Positions 15,320-23,848 of a stretch of DNA of 32,000 nucleotides are shown here, in pieces (within the stretch, counting starts at the first letter, position 1; each line of letters opens with the position of its first letter). Source of the stretch: an uncultured Desulfovibrionales bacterium (lineage in GTDB: Bacteria > Desulfobacterota > Desulfovibrionia > Desulfovibrionales > Desulfonatronovibrionaceae). The notes under the pieces are model-generated. The model did not search any database. It had not been told where the DNA came from and worked only from the letters and a program-made list of their open reading frames with translations. The DNA lies in the NCBI GenBank assembly GCA_964398785.1, contig CAYNNQ010000021.1, positions 265 through 32,264 on the forward strand, given 5' to 3'. A program made the position numbers and the translations under genes.

Positions 15320-15371
15320 CTGCCACTCCACTTATCTATAAAACCACATAAACAAAATATTTCCAAAATAG

Positions 15372-15408
15372 AAAAACCCGCCTCGCCAAAAAAGCGAAGC
15401 GGGTTTTG
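15372..15408 (-). terminator. rho-independent terminator of the RRM-protein gene
   Basis: Read on the minus strand: cccgcttcgc-ttttttg-gcgaggcggg followed by tttttctatttt. The stems are plus 15377-15386 and 15394-15403, forming 10 bp with one G-U pair. It begins about 25 nt after the stop codon. Confidence 0.75.
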
Positions 15409-15432
15409 GAAACAGAATATGAAAAACGCCTC

Positions 15433-15693
15433 TTACCAGCGTTTTTGAGGCTTGGGCCGGGCTTCGTTAACCTTCAGGTTACGGCCACCCAAGTCGCTAC
15501 CGTCCAGGCTCTTGATGGCCTCTTCGGCATCGGCTTCCTCCATTTCGACAAATCCGAATCCCCGGGACCTTCCTGTTTCCCGATCATAAATAATCTTCGC
15601 GGACAGGACTTCGCCGTATTGAGCGAAGGCGTCGCGGACGTCGTCTTCCGAGGAAGACCAAGGCAAATTTCCAACATAGATGTTCTTAGCCAT
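15433..15693 (-). CDS. RRM-type (RNP-1/RNP-2) RNA-binding protein
   Basis: 86 aa with ATG preceded by AAGGAG. It has RNP-2 IYVGNL and RNP-1 RGFGFVEM, the classic single-RRM bacterial Rbp architecture. Confidence 0.9.
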   Translation of the reverse strand: MAKNIYVGNLPWSSSEDDVRDAFAQYGEVLSAKIIYDRETGRSRGFGFVEMEEADAEEAIKSLDGSDLGGRNLKVNEARPKPQKRW

Positions 15694-15975
15694 TCTAAAA
15701 CTACTCCTTTAAAAAAACAATGAAAACTTGGACTATCGAGCGAGGCGGGAAACAGCCAGGAAGGCAGAAAAATTCCGACAGGACCCGAAGACCAACGGGG
15801 CAACTGCACTCGCAGAAGCCCGGAAACCAAAATACAAACGCATCAAACCAGGCGCTGGCTTGATACAAAGCTTTCTAGAACAAACATCGAATGTCTGTCC
15901 AGCATTTTTTGGACTTTTCATGCACTTTTTACAAAAAGATCGACATTCGCTTTTGTCCGATTTAAGACAAAGGCC

Positions 15976-17256
15976 ATGGGTAACAGCCGTTCCTCCCATC
16001 TTTTAAAACGAGCCGCATTGGGGTGGTGCCTCTACGACTGGGCCAACTCCGCATTCGCCACAGTGGTCTTAGCGGCGGTCCTTCCAGTTTATTTCGTTGA
16101 TCTCGTCCCCAAAGGGGGGATGCATCTACAGTGGCTGGAACGGCCCGTTTCCGCCTCCACCCTGTGGAGTCTTGGGGTGTCTTTGTCCATGCTCCTCTTA
16201 TTTTTGGCCGCTCCTTATCTCGGGGCCTGGACGGACAGGCACGCAAAACACAGGCAAACGCTCCTTGTCCCCGCCCTGTGCGGATCAGCGGCCACGGCCT
16301 CCCTTTTTTTCGCCAAGGGGCAAATGTATATATTCGCCATTTTGGTCTTCATGCTGGCCAATTGGTGTTTTGCCGCGGCCAACATCGCCTACAATTCCTT
16401 TCTGCCCGCCCTGGCCCGAACCGGAGCGGAAAAGGACAAGCTCTCCGCCCGGGGGTTCGCCCTGGGCTATATCGGCGGCGGACTGGCCCTTTTGGCCGTA
16501 CTCATCATTACTTCCCGATTCCAGGCCCTGGGCTTTTGCACAAAAGGCCAGGCGGTACGCTTCGGCTTCCTTCTGACCGGGCTGTGGTGGGCAATCTTCA
16601 CCCTGCCCGCATATGTAATGCTTAGGCACACCCCGGTTTTTACCCGGCAGACATTCCTGCCCGGGGGCATCACCGGGTATTTGCGCATATTCGGGGAGAT
16701 CCGCGGTTTTCCGAGGCTGTTTCGTTTTTTGATAGCCTATCTTTTCTATAACGACGGCATCCAGACCATTATCGCGGTCTCCGCGGTTTTCGCCCGGGAG
16801 GAAATAGGCCTGGAGACGTCCTCCATTCTGGGCGCCTTTTTGATGGTCCAGTTCCTGGCCGCCCCGGGAGCGCTCATGTTCGGATATATCGCGCAGAGAA
16901 CGGGGGCCAAGAACGCCCTTTTACTGTCCGTTCTCGTATTCATGGGGGTCACGGTCTTTGCCTTTGTCCTTAAAACAAATCTGCAGTTCTGGATCATGGC
17001 CGGGGTTGTCGCCCTGGTTCTCGGCGGGAGCCAGGCCGCCTCCAGATCCCTGTACGCATCTCTTTTGCCCCGGGACAGGTACGCGGAGTTCTTCGGGTTC
17101 TACGCCATGAGCTCCAAGCTGTCCTCGATTTTCGGACCGTTCGTGTTCGGGGGTATGGCCTTTCTGACCGGATCAATACGGGGCGGGATATTGAGCCTGG
17201 TTCTTTTTTTTATAATCGGCGGGGCCGTTCTTCTGGGGCTTAAGACCCGGGACTGA
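15976..17256 (+). CDS. MFS transporter, UMF1 (Atg22-like) family
   Basis: 426 aa, polytopic with about 12 hydrophobic segments. The N-terminal LGWCLYDWANSAFATVV is the signature I associate with UMF1-family MFS proteins. Confidence 0.8.
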   Translation: MGNSRSSHLLKRAALGWCLYDWANSAFATVVLAAVLPVYFVDLVPKGGMHLQWLERPVSASTLWSLGVSLSMLLLFLAAPYLGAWTDRHAKHRQTLLVPALCGSAATASLFFAKGQMYIFAILVFMLANWCFAAANIAYNSFLPALARTGAEKDKLSARGFALGYIGGGLALLAVLIITSRFQALGFCTKGQAVRFGFLLTGLWWAIFTLPAYVMLRHTPVFTRQTFLPGGITGYLRIFGEIRGFPRLFRFLIAYLFYNDGIQTIIAVSAVFAREEIGLETSSILGAFLMVQFLAAPGALMFGYIAQRTGAKNALLLSVLVFMGVTVFAFVLKTNLQFWIMAGVVALVLGGSQAASRSLYASLLPRDRYAEFFGFYAMSSKLSSIFGPFVFGGMAFLTGSIRGGILSLVLFFIIGGAVLLGLKTRD

Positions 17257-17268
17257 TGGAATCCGGCC

Positions 17269-20200
17269 TCAGACCTCGCGCCAGGCGCTTATCAATGGGA
17301 AATAAAGCCCGGTTCTGACCGGCATGTCCGGCTCCATCTCCCGGAAAAGGCGGGCATAGGCCGCGAGCTGATCTTGGTAGCGCCGGACCTCGGCCCGGAT
17401 AAAGTTTTCCCGGTCCCCGGTGGGAACGGATGTCTTGTAATCCACGATCCAGCGGGTGCCTTTTGCATCAATAAAAGTCCGGTCTATGACCGCGCTTATC
17501 AGCTTGTTCTCCACAACCCCGGTCAGACCGTACTCGGACCGGGCGCTTTGCCGCGGCCGCAATATCCATTGCCCGACGGGATCATTCACGGTGTTTTCCA
17601 GGGCCCTTATTACCATACGCCCGGCCTCCTGCATCTCCGAGCCCGGGACCCCCAACGCGGCCAGGCGATTGGCGATCTTATTTCCCAGACCTTTTACGCG
17701 CTCGGCGGACCAGTTTTCCGTTCCATCCCGGCTCACGGCCTGCAAAAATTCATGGACAACCGTGCCCACATGGCGTCTGAAATCATAAAGCCCGCCTTCC
17801 TCTTCGCCGCCCGAGGACGGGGACTCCCCATGCTCTTCCAAGGCGCCGGGGGACAAGCCGGCGTTTATTTGCAAAAGACTCCAGTCCGGGGAGAGATAGC
17901 GCAGGCGGTTGGCTTTTTTTCGGTCTTCCGCGGTTTCCGTGCCTTCCCCGCAGGAAGGGCATTGCTCGGCTTCAGCGGCGAAAAACTCCTCGATCCGCCC
18001 CAGGAAACTGTCTTTTTTCCCTATGTTGCCCTTTTCCAGCTTTTCCCGCTCATTCAGGTCGAACTCGGCCAGAAGATGCAGGTTTTTTCTGGCCCGGGTG
18101 GCGGCCACATACAAAAGCCGGCCCAGTTCATTGTCCTTTTTCTGTTTTTTGATATCCCGGATGTATTCGTACACCCTGTTCTCCTCCCGGCCGGGAGCAT
18201 TCAGCGGGGCCAGAAGGAAACGAAAGCCGGGCTCCGGCCGACCGGTTCCGGATACCTCCATCATCTGCACAAGCTCTTTGTGGTCGGGCCGGCCGGTTTT
18301 GTGCATGCCCGGGATTATCACCGTATCGAACTCCAATCCCTTGGACTTGTGCACGGTCATCAAGGAGACCGGGTTGCCCTCGGTGGTCCGGGGCTGGGAA
18401 TACAAGTCGTTCAACGACTCCTCCAGGCGGCCGAAATCGGCAATATCCCCGTTTTGCTCAAAGCCTTCCAGGTGTTTTAAAAAATTGGCCGTATCAAAGA
18501 AGTCGCGCTCCTCTTCCAGACAATCCGGACCGCCCAGATTCAGCCAGACCGTTTCCACCAGCCGGGAGGCCCGCCTCCTGCCCCGCTGCATAAACCCCTC
18601 AATCAATATGGGTGCGGCGCGCGTTAGCCTTTGCCCTCCCTCCGGACTCAAATAAGAGAAATCCCCTTCGGCCAGTACGTCCGCAACGCAGCCGGATTCC
18701 GGGCACTTTTGGCAAACCCGGGTCAGATCGGCCAGATCCAGGCCGCACCACGGGGCGCGCAAGACCGAAACCCAGGCCAGATCATCGGCCGGGTTGGCCA
18801 GGGCCCGGGCCAGGCAAAAAAGGTCCAGGACAGGCTGCCTTTCCTGCAAAGGCTCGATATCCACGGCCTGAACCCCGATGCCCTCCCTGTCCAAAAGCCT
18901 GGAAATCTCCCGGAGATGGCCGCGGCTGCGGACCAAAACGGCCACGCTCCCCAGGGGATTTTCCCGCCTGCACTCGCGGATTATCTCCAGCGCCCTTTGC
19001 GCCTCGGCCCGCCCCCCGCTTTCCGGCAAGAGGTGCAGGCCCACCTCGCCTTTTTCCCGGATGTGCTCTTGCATGGCCGAATAGCGGACCGCCCCGGTCA
19101 CCGGATCCTCCAAGGCCTGGAACACGTCCGGAAAGACCCTGTTCACCCAGTCGACAACATCCCCGGCGGACCGGAAATTCACAGTAAGGTAGCGGGGCAA
19201 TGGATGCACATCCGCAATCCCGTACGCGCGGCAATTCTGGAAGATGCCCACTTCGGCATTGCGAAAGCCGTAAATGGACTGCATGGGATCGCCGACCAGA
19301 AAAAGGGTTCTCCCGTCCCCGGGCTGCCAGCCGGAAAGCAGGGTGGAAATTATTTTCTGCTGGACAATGCTCGTATCCTGATATTCATCCACCAAGAGAT
19401 GATTTATGCGGTAGTCCAATTGCAACAAAAGATCCGTGGGGTTATCCGGGTCGCCCAAAGAATCCAGGGCGAACTCGGTCACCTGGGTGTAATCCACCTT
19501 ACCCTCGGCCTGCATGACCAGATACAGATGGGCCAGGGAACGCTTGAGCACCCGGATAAGGGCGACCAGAAGCTCCCAATCCGCATCCATGTATGCGGTG
19601 TCCGGCAGTTTTTTAAGCCCATGCAGGGCCGAACGCAGGGAATGGCTATGGGCCAAATTTTCCAGCACCTTTTTGTATTCCTGCTTATATTCTTTCGCCC
19701 TTTCCTTTTCCTCTGCGGAGGTAAAACTCCCCGGAGGTGGAAAGCCCTGTTTCACATTCACCTGTTTGCGCCAGCCTCCGGACTCGGTCAGAAGAAATTT
19801 TCTCCACTTTTGCCACTCCAAAGAATTTGCGGCTGAACAGCCCGGAAAATCCCCGGTTTCCGGCATGTCCAGGTTCCTAGCCGCATAATTGTAAAGCCGC
19901 AAAAGCCGGTCGCGCAGGGAGGCATCAAGATCGGCGAACAGACCACCCACCCGGGCGAGCATATCCTCCACCTGGGATTTGAGTTCTGTTTGCAGGATTT
20001 CCCGGATGCTTTCATCCCCGTGCGCTGCCTTTAAAATCCCCATCCAATGCTCGCGCCGCGAAAGCATGGCCGCGATAAGCCCGGTCAGGCGATTCCAATC
20101 GTTGTCCAGATGCCGCAGCACCCGGGCGAGTTCGGGCCGATCCTCGCGGTCGTTCAGCTCCATGAGCGTATTCAAGGCCGCCTGCTCATACAGGATATAG

Positions 20201-20646
20201 CCGTTTTCAACCACTTCCGGGCGCTTGCCGAAGCCGGAAAGCAAGGGCATCCGCGAACTCAAATAAAAGCAAAAAGAGTCTATGGTCTGAATGCGCAGCC
20301 GATTTGGATTTTCTTGCAGATTCCACTCGAGCTCGCGGTCCCTTTTGTCCACGGCCGCGGCCAGTTCGGCGGTGCGGCGCTTATGCTCCGGGATTTCCCC
20401 GGACGGGGAAGGGTATTCATCGGCCTGGCGCAGGGCGGAGAGTATCCGGCCGCGCATCTCCGCCGCGGCCTTGCGGGTAAAAGTCATGGCCAGGATCTCC
20501 TCCGGCTTTTGGACCTTACCCAAAAGACAGAGGTAGCGCTGAATCAGAAGCTCGGTCTTTCCGGACCCGGCCGGGGCCTGAACAATAAAGCTTTCCCGCG
20601 GATCGAGACATTCCCGGCGTACGTGGGCGTCCTCGGGCTCAGCCAT
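17269..20646 (-). CDS. addA: UvrD-type helicase with C-terminal PD-(D/E)XK nuclease (AddA/RecB-like)
   Basis: I chose ATG 20646..20644 (MAEPED...) because it is preceded by GAAGGAGGAG. The track ATG at 20664 has no SD. The 1125 aa product has Walker A in VQAPAGSGKTELL, and RecB-type nuclease motifs near the C-terminus (VIDRTF...WIVDYKTS). It overlaps the upstream gene by 8 nt. Confidence 0.8.
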   Translation of the reverse strand: MAEPEDAHVRRECLDPRESFIVQAPAGSGKTELLIQRYLCLLGKVQKPEEILAMTFTRKAAAEMRGRILSALRQADEYPSPSGEIPEHKRRTAELAAAVDKRDRELEWNLQENPNRLRIQTIDSFCFYLSSRMPLLSGFGKRPEVVENGYILYEQAALNTLMELNDREDRPELARVLRHLDNDWNRLTGLIAAMLSRREHWMGILKAAHGDESIREILQTELKSQVEDMLARVGGLFADLDASLRDRLLRLYNYAARNLDMPETGDFPGCSAANSLEWQKWRKFLLTESGGWRKQVNVKQGFPPPGSFTSAEEKERAKEYKQEYKKVLENLAHSHSLRSALHGLKKLPDTAYMDADWELLVALIRVLKRSLAHLYLVMQAEGKVDYTQVTEFALDSLGDPDNPTDLLLQLDYRINHLLVDEYQDTSIVQQKIISTLLSGWQPGDGRTLFLVGDPMQSIYGFRNAEVGIFQNCRAYGIADVHPLPRYLTVNFRSAGDVVDWVNRVFPDVFQALEDPVTGAVRYSAMQEHIREKGEVGLHLLPESGGRAEAQRALEIIRECRRENPLGSVAVLVRSRGHLREISRLLDREGIGVQAVDIEPLQERQPVLDLFCLARALANPADDLAWVSVLRAPWCGLDLADLTRVCQKCPESGCVADVLAEGDFSYLSPEGGQRLTRAAPILIEGFMQRGRRRASRLVETVWLNLGGPDCLEEERDFFDTANFLKHLEGFEQNGDIADFGRLEESLNDLYSQPRTTEGNPVSLMTVHKSKGLEFDTVIIPGMHKTGRPDHKELVQMMEVSGTGRPEPGFRFLLAPLNAPGREENRVYEYIRDIKKQKKDNELGRLLYVAATRARKNLHLLAEFDLNEREKLEKGNIGKKDSFLGRIEEFFAAEAEQCPSCGEGTETAEDRKKANRLRYLSPDWSLLQINAGLSPGALEEHGESPSSGGEEEGGLYDFRRHVGTVVHEFLQAVSRDGTENWSAERVKGLGNKIANRLAALGVPGSEMQEAGRMVIRALENTVNDPVGQWILRPRQSARSEYGLTGVVENKLISAVIDRTFIDAKGTRWIVDYKTSVPTGDRENFIRAEVRRYQDQLAAYARLFREMEPDMPVRTGLYFPLISAWREV

Positions 20647-23380
20647 TTGCCGCTCCTCCTTCATGACCAGGATTGTCGCCGTCCAAATCCCCCGGGAGCA
20701 GGGATTCGTTTATCCGGCACAAGGACTTCAAACGGCAGCGCCGACAGGAAAAGGCATATCCCGAGGCCTGCACGGGATCGGCCGGGCCGTAGCCGGACTT
20801 TATCTCTTTTGCCAGCTGTTCGAGCTTCTCCTTCCAGCGCTCAAGGACTTCCTCCATGCCCTTGTATCCGAATTCGCGCACGGTTTTGATTTTCCCCCCG
20901 GGGGACAGCTCGTCCCTACTCTCCGCTATCCCGGAAAACTCCATTTTTCCGGGGTTTACCCGGGCCACGCACACGCCCGCCAGCTCCTTGCCGGACATAT
21001 TCACGGCATAAACCGGCAGTTGCGGTTCTATCATCCGCTCTTCCATCCACATGACCGAGGGCGAGGGGAGGTTCATTCCGGTTTTGTAATCAATCAGGAG
21101 CATGGCCCCGGACTCGAGTGCATCCGCCCGGTCGGAGCGCACTCTGACCCGGAGGCCGGCTATTGAGACCGTCTCCCTTTCCTCCAGGCTGTGGACCCGG
21201 AAAAAAGGCCTGCTTTTTTCCAGCTCCAGCCAATTAAGAAGAACATCCTTCAGCCGCAGGGCCTCGAGGCGCATATATTTTTTGGTCCGCACCAGGCTTT
21301 CCGGCCTAACCCAAAGCATGGCGGTCCGCTCCGCGGCTTCCAAAACCAGGCGGGAAAGCTCGTCCCCGCTCATCTCCAGAAGCTCGTCCCGGGAACTCAA
21401 ATCCTGCCACAAAGTCAAAAGCGCCCGGTGAACCATCTCCCCCCTCTCCGCGGGCCCGAGCCCCGGAACCGGAGTTTGCGGCTCTTCCGTTTTCAGGCGG
21501 GCTTGCGCGTATCCCTTGAACGGACAGACCGCCTGGGCGCTGAACATGCCCGTCCCTCCCTCCGGCGCGGACTGGGCAAGAGGAAGACCGTGGACGTCAA
21601 GGCTCTCTTCTACTGCGCCGCCTTGCCGCGCCTGCCGCCAAAGGCCGGGTTCCCGCGCATGTGCCGAAACCTCCTGCGGATCGATTTGCGGCAAATGGTT
21701 TATAAACGGGCTGGGCATGATCTGTGTATCTTCTTCGGCCCGGGGATGGGTGCAGATTATTTCCCCGGCCGCAAAGCGCATATTTTCCCAAATACGCTCG
21801 GCCATTTCCAGTTCGCGCTCCGGACATGATCCGGGCAGAAAAAGACGCCTCTGGTCCCTGACGGGGATAAACGGATCCGGGTCAGCCCTTGCGGGCAAAA
21901 CGTCCGCGCTCATACCGGCCAGCCAGATCTTGTCCAGCACCTGTCCGGCGGCCTCGAAAATTCCCATGACCTGAATCCCGGCCGAAGGGGAGCGGGGCTG
22001 AAAAATGCGCTCCGCCAGGATGCGCCGCAGATAGTCCAGGGCGCCCGGATAATCCGTGCGGGGGCAAACCGTGTCCATACCGGCCAGTTCGGACAAGACT
22101 TCCCGAAAGGCGCGAACGGCCTGATATTCCGTGCTGGTAAGCGTGCGATCCCCGGGCCAGCCCCAGGCCTGCAGGATGGAAGCAAAAACGTTTGCCCACT
22201 CCCCCGGGGCCATGCTTTGCGCAACACCTTTCAAAACCTCCCCGGCCGAGCGCATGCAGGAGGCGAATTTAAGGCATTTACCCATTTTTTCCGCCTCGGC
22301 CAGTTTGCCTTCCAGCATTGCGGACTTTATGCGGTATTCCCGCTTATCCCGGATCTCCCGGTCCAGAACGGCCCGGGCGGAGAGCTCCTCTTCCCCGCAG
22401 ATAAAGGGAGAAACAAGAATCCGGCTCACATCGGCCGCGTCCAGGTTCTTCTTATAGGAGACTTGCAGTAGAAGGCAGGCGTGATCCACTATTTGGTACC
22501 CGGCCAGGGGAGTGCCCATGGAGACATTATAGGCCGGTGCGCTGGCCGGGACATGAGAAAGCACCCTTTCCGGATGCAAAGTGCGGTCAAATATCCGCAC
22601 CACCCGGCTGCGGGCCCTTTCCAGGTCGGGAACGATCACCGCGACCTTGGATGCCCGGCCATTGCCGATCTCGTTTTTGGCCCAGGCCGCGGCCGCTTCA
22701 AGCTCTTGGTCCGGATCGGCAAAGCTAAGCCGGCTCATGTTTCCCTCTTCCCGGCTCCGGACAAGACTGTAAAGCCGACTCGATTTTTGATGGAAAACGG
22801 AAAAAACACGCTCCTGCGAGGGATCGAATTCCAGAAAGCCGCAGACAATCACCTCCTCGGGGATAAGCTCCGCTTTTTCCCACAAAAGATCGGACATGTA
22901 CCAGGCAAGCGCGCTCTGCTCCAGCCAGTTTTGCTCCGCGCATTCGGCCATGAACGCTTCCGCCCAGGAGACAAACGCCTCGCTCTCCCTGTCCCCCTCC
23001 GGGTGCATATCTTTCGGGGCGAGTCCCCATCTGCGGCAAAGCACCCAGGAGCGGCGGGCCATACGGGCCAGATCCCGGGAGGGGAAAAGTGTCCGCGGGG
23101 GGCGTTCTTCTATTATTTTTTCCCAGATGATGAGTTCCTGACCCGGAGAAAGGAGAAATGGCAGATCATTTTCCAGGCAGAGCCGGGAATAAAGCCCTTG
23201 CAGCCAGGAAGAAAGGGGCATGATGGCCGGAGTTTCCCAGGTATACGCCCCGCCGTGGCGCTTATATCCGGCATAAAGAGCGCTTAAGTCCCGGGCCAGC
23301 CGATTGTTCGAGGTCAGGACAAGGGCCCCGTTTTCCAGTTTCTCCCAAGCCTGTCTTTCTTCAATCTGGCTAAAATCCAC
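20639..23380 (-). CDS. addB: AddB-like PD-(D/E)XK nuclease subunit without helicase Walker A
   Basis: 913 aa with a GTG start at 23380..23378. The nuclease motif is LLIDYKTG. One distal Cys (AQAVCPFKGY) plus C-terminal CRRCRLKSLC (C-x2-C-x5-C) match the Fe-S 'iron staple' pattern of AddB nucleases. I saw no GxGKT motif. It is translationally coupled to the AddA-like gene. Confidence 0.7.
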   Translation of the reverse strand: MDFSQIEERQAWEKLENGALVLTSNNRLARDLSALYAGYKRHGGAYTWETPAIMPLSSWLQGLYSRLCLENDLPFLLSPGQELIIWEKIIEERPPRTLFPSRDLARMARRSWVLCRRWGLAPKDMHPEGDRESEAFVSWAEAFMAECAEQNWLEQSALAWYMSDLLWEKAELIPEEVIVCGFLEFDPSQERVFSVFHQKSSRLYSLVRSREEGNMSRLSFADPDQELEAAAAWAKNEIGNGRASKVAVIVPDLERARSRVVRIFDRTLHPERVLSHVPASAPAYNVSMGTPLAGYQIVDHACLLLQVSYKKNLDAADVSRILVSPFICGEEELSARAVLDREIRDKREYRIKSAMLEGKLAEAEKMGKCLKFASCMRSAGEVLKGVAQSMAPGEWANVFASILQAWGWPGDRTLTSTEYQAVRAFREVLSELAGMDTVCPRTDYPGALDYLRRILAERIFQPRSPSAGIQVMGIFEAAGQVLDKIWLAGMSADVLPARADPDPFIPVRDQRRLFLPGSCPERELEMAERIWENMRFAAGEIICTHPRAEEDTQIMPSPFINHLPQIDPQEVSAHAREPGLWRQARQGGAVEESLDVHGLPLAQSAPEGGTGMFSAQAVCPFKGYAQARLKTEEPQTPVPGLGPAERGEMVHRALLTLWQDLSSRDELLEMSGDELSRLVLEAAERTAMLWVRPESLVRTKKYMRLEALRLKDVLLNWLELEKSRPFFRVHSLEERETVSIAGLRVRVRSDRADALESGAMLLIDYKTGMNLPSPSVMWMEERMIEPQLPVYAVNMSGKELAGVCVARVNPGKMEFSGIAESRDELSPGGKIKTVREFGYKGMEEVLERWKEKLEQLAKEIKSGYGPADPVQASGYAFSCRRCRLKSLCRINESLLPGDLDGDNPGHEGGAANG

Positions 23381-23524
23381 GAAAAGCCCCGCCTGGTTCT
23401 GATGCCCAAAAAAATGGCCTCACATAAATCCGGGCAAAATTTTGTTGCCAGGAAGCTGCAAGTAACAATTAATGCGCTGAGTTTAAATGTTTTTATTAAA
23501 AATCATTGAGTTGCCGTTGCGATA

Positions 23525-23635
23525 ATCCAAATCGAAATCGGGATCGCTATCGAAATCCAAGGAATATGCCATTCGGTGCAGGAGGAACCCTCGGCTTATG
23601 GGGTCGATTCCGATCCCGATAGCGATTCCGACCCT
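23525..23635. repeat. two inverted arrays of a 6-nt periodic ATCG/CGAT motif
   Basis: Array A spans 23525-23558: ATC at 23525, 31, 37, 43, 49 and 55 (atccaa atcgaa atcggg atcgct atcgaa atcc). Array B spans 23603-23635: GAT at 23606, 12, 18 and 24 plus GAC at 23630 (gtc gattcc gatccc gatagc gattcc gaccc). The two arrays are in inverted orientation and about 47 bp apart. Confidence 0.55.
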
Positions 23636-23848
23636 GAACAAAGAAACCCCAAACCGATGCACCGCGCACTTTTGCTTCACGCCAGTGAACCTGCCCGTGG
23701 TTACTTTCTGGATCCCTGATCGGGGTCCGGGACAGGGATGACGGGAGGTGGGGAGGCCGGATTAGTCGGCCCATTCCTAACCGTGCGGATTTCTCTCTCC
23801 CGTCATCCGGCATCCTGGAGATTGCCATGCCGGGATGCATAATCGAAT

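Noticed and set aside
17374-19836. Long plus-strand ORFs (17374-18480, 17909-18655, 18612-19187, 18631-19836) antisense to the AddA-like gene
   Set aside because: These are mutually overlapping antisense frames with Pro/Gly/Arg-rich low-complexity products, typical antisense artefacts of a GC-rich gene.
17269-23380. Helicase-nuclease pair as a phage-defence system
   Set aside because: The sizes, the Fe-S cysteine staple in the first protein, the RecB-type nuclease tail on the UvrD helicase and the housekeeping neighbourhood fit AddAB-type recombination repair better. No other defence genes are adjacent.
23432-23452. Sigma-54-like element on the minus strand (cctGGCAacaaaatttTGCcc) upstream of addB
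   Set aside because: The GG-to-GC spacing is 14 nt instead of the strict 12 nt of TGGCAC-N5-TTGC, so it is not a credible -24/-12 promoter.
23525-23635. Possible CRISPR array or tandem-repeat locus
   Set aside because: The repeat unit is only 6 nt, there are no 25-40 nt repeats or spacers, and there are no cas genes in the window.
23483-23840. Track ORFs 23483-23680 (65 aa) and 23547-23840 (97 aa) in the addB-mscS spacer
   Set aside because: Their length is a by-product of the hexamer repeat and GC-rich dyads. They have no SD, and the composition is odd (GIAIGIGI / DFDSDPDFD, Arg/Pro-rich). I treat the region as non-coding repeat/structure and flag the possibility of short ORFs in the findings.
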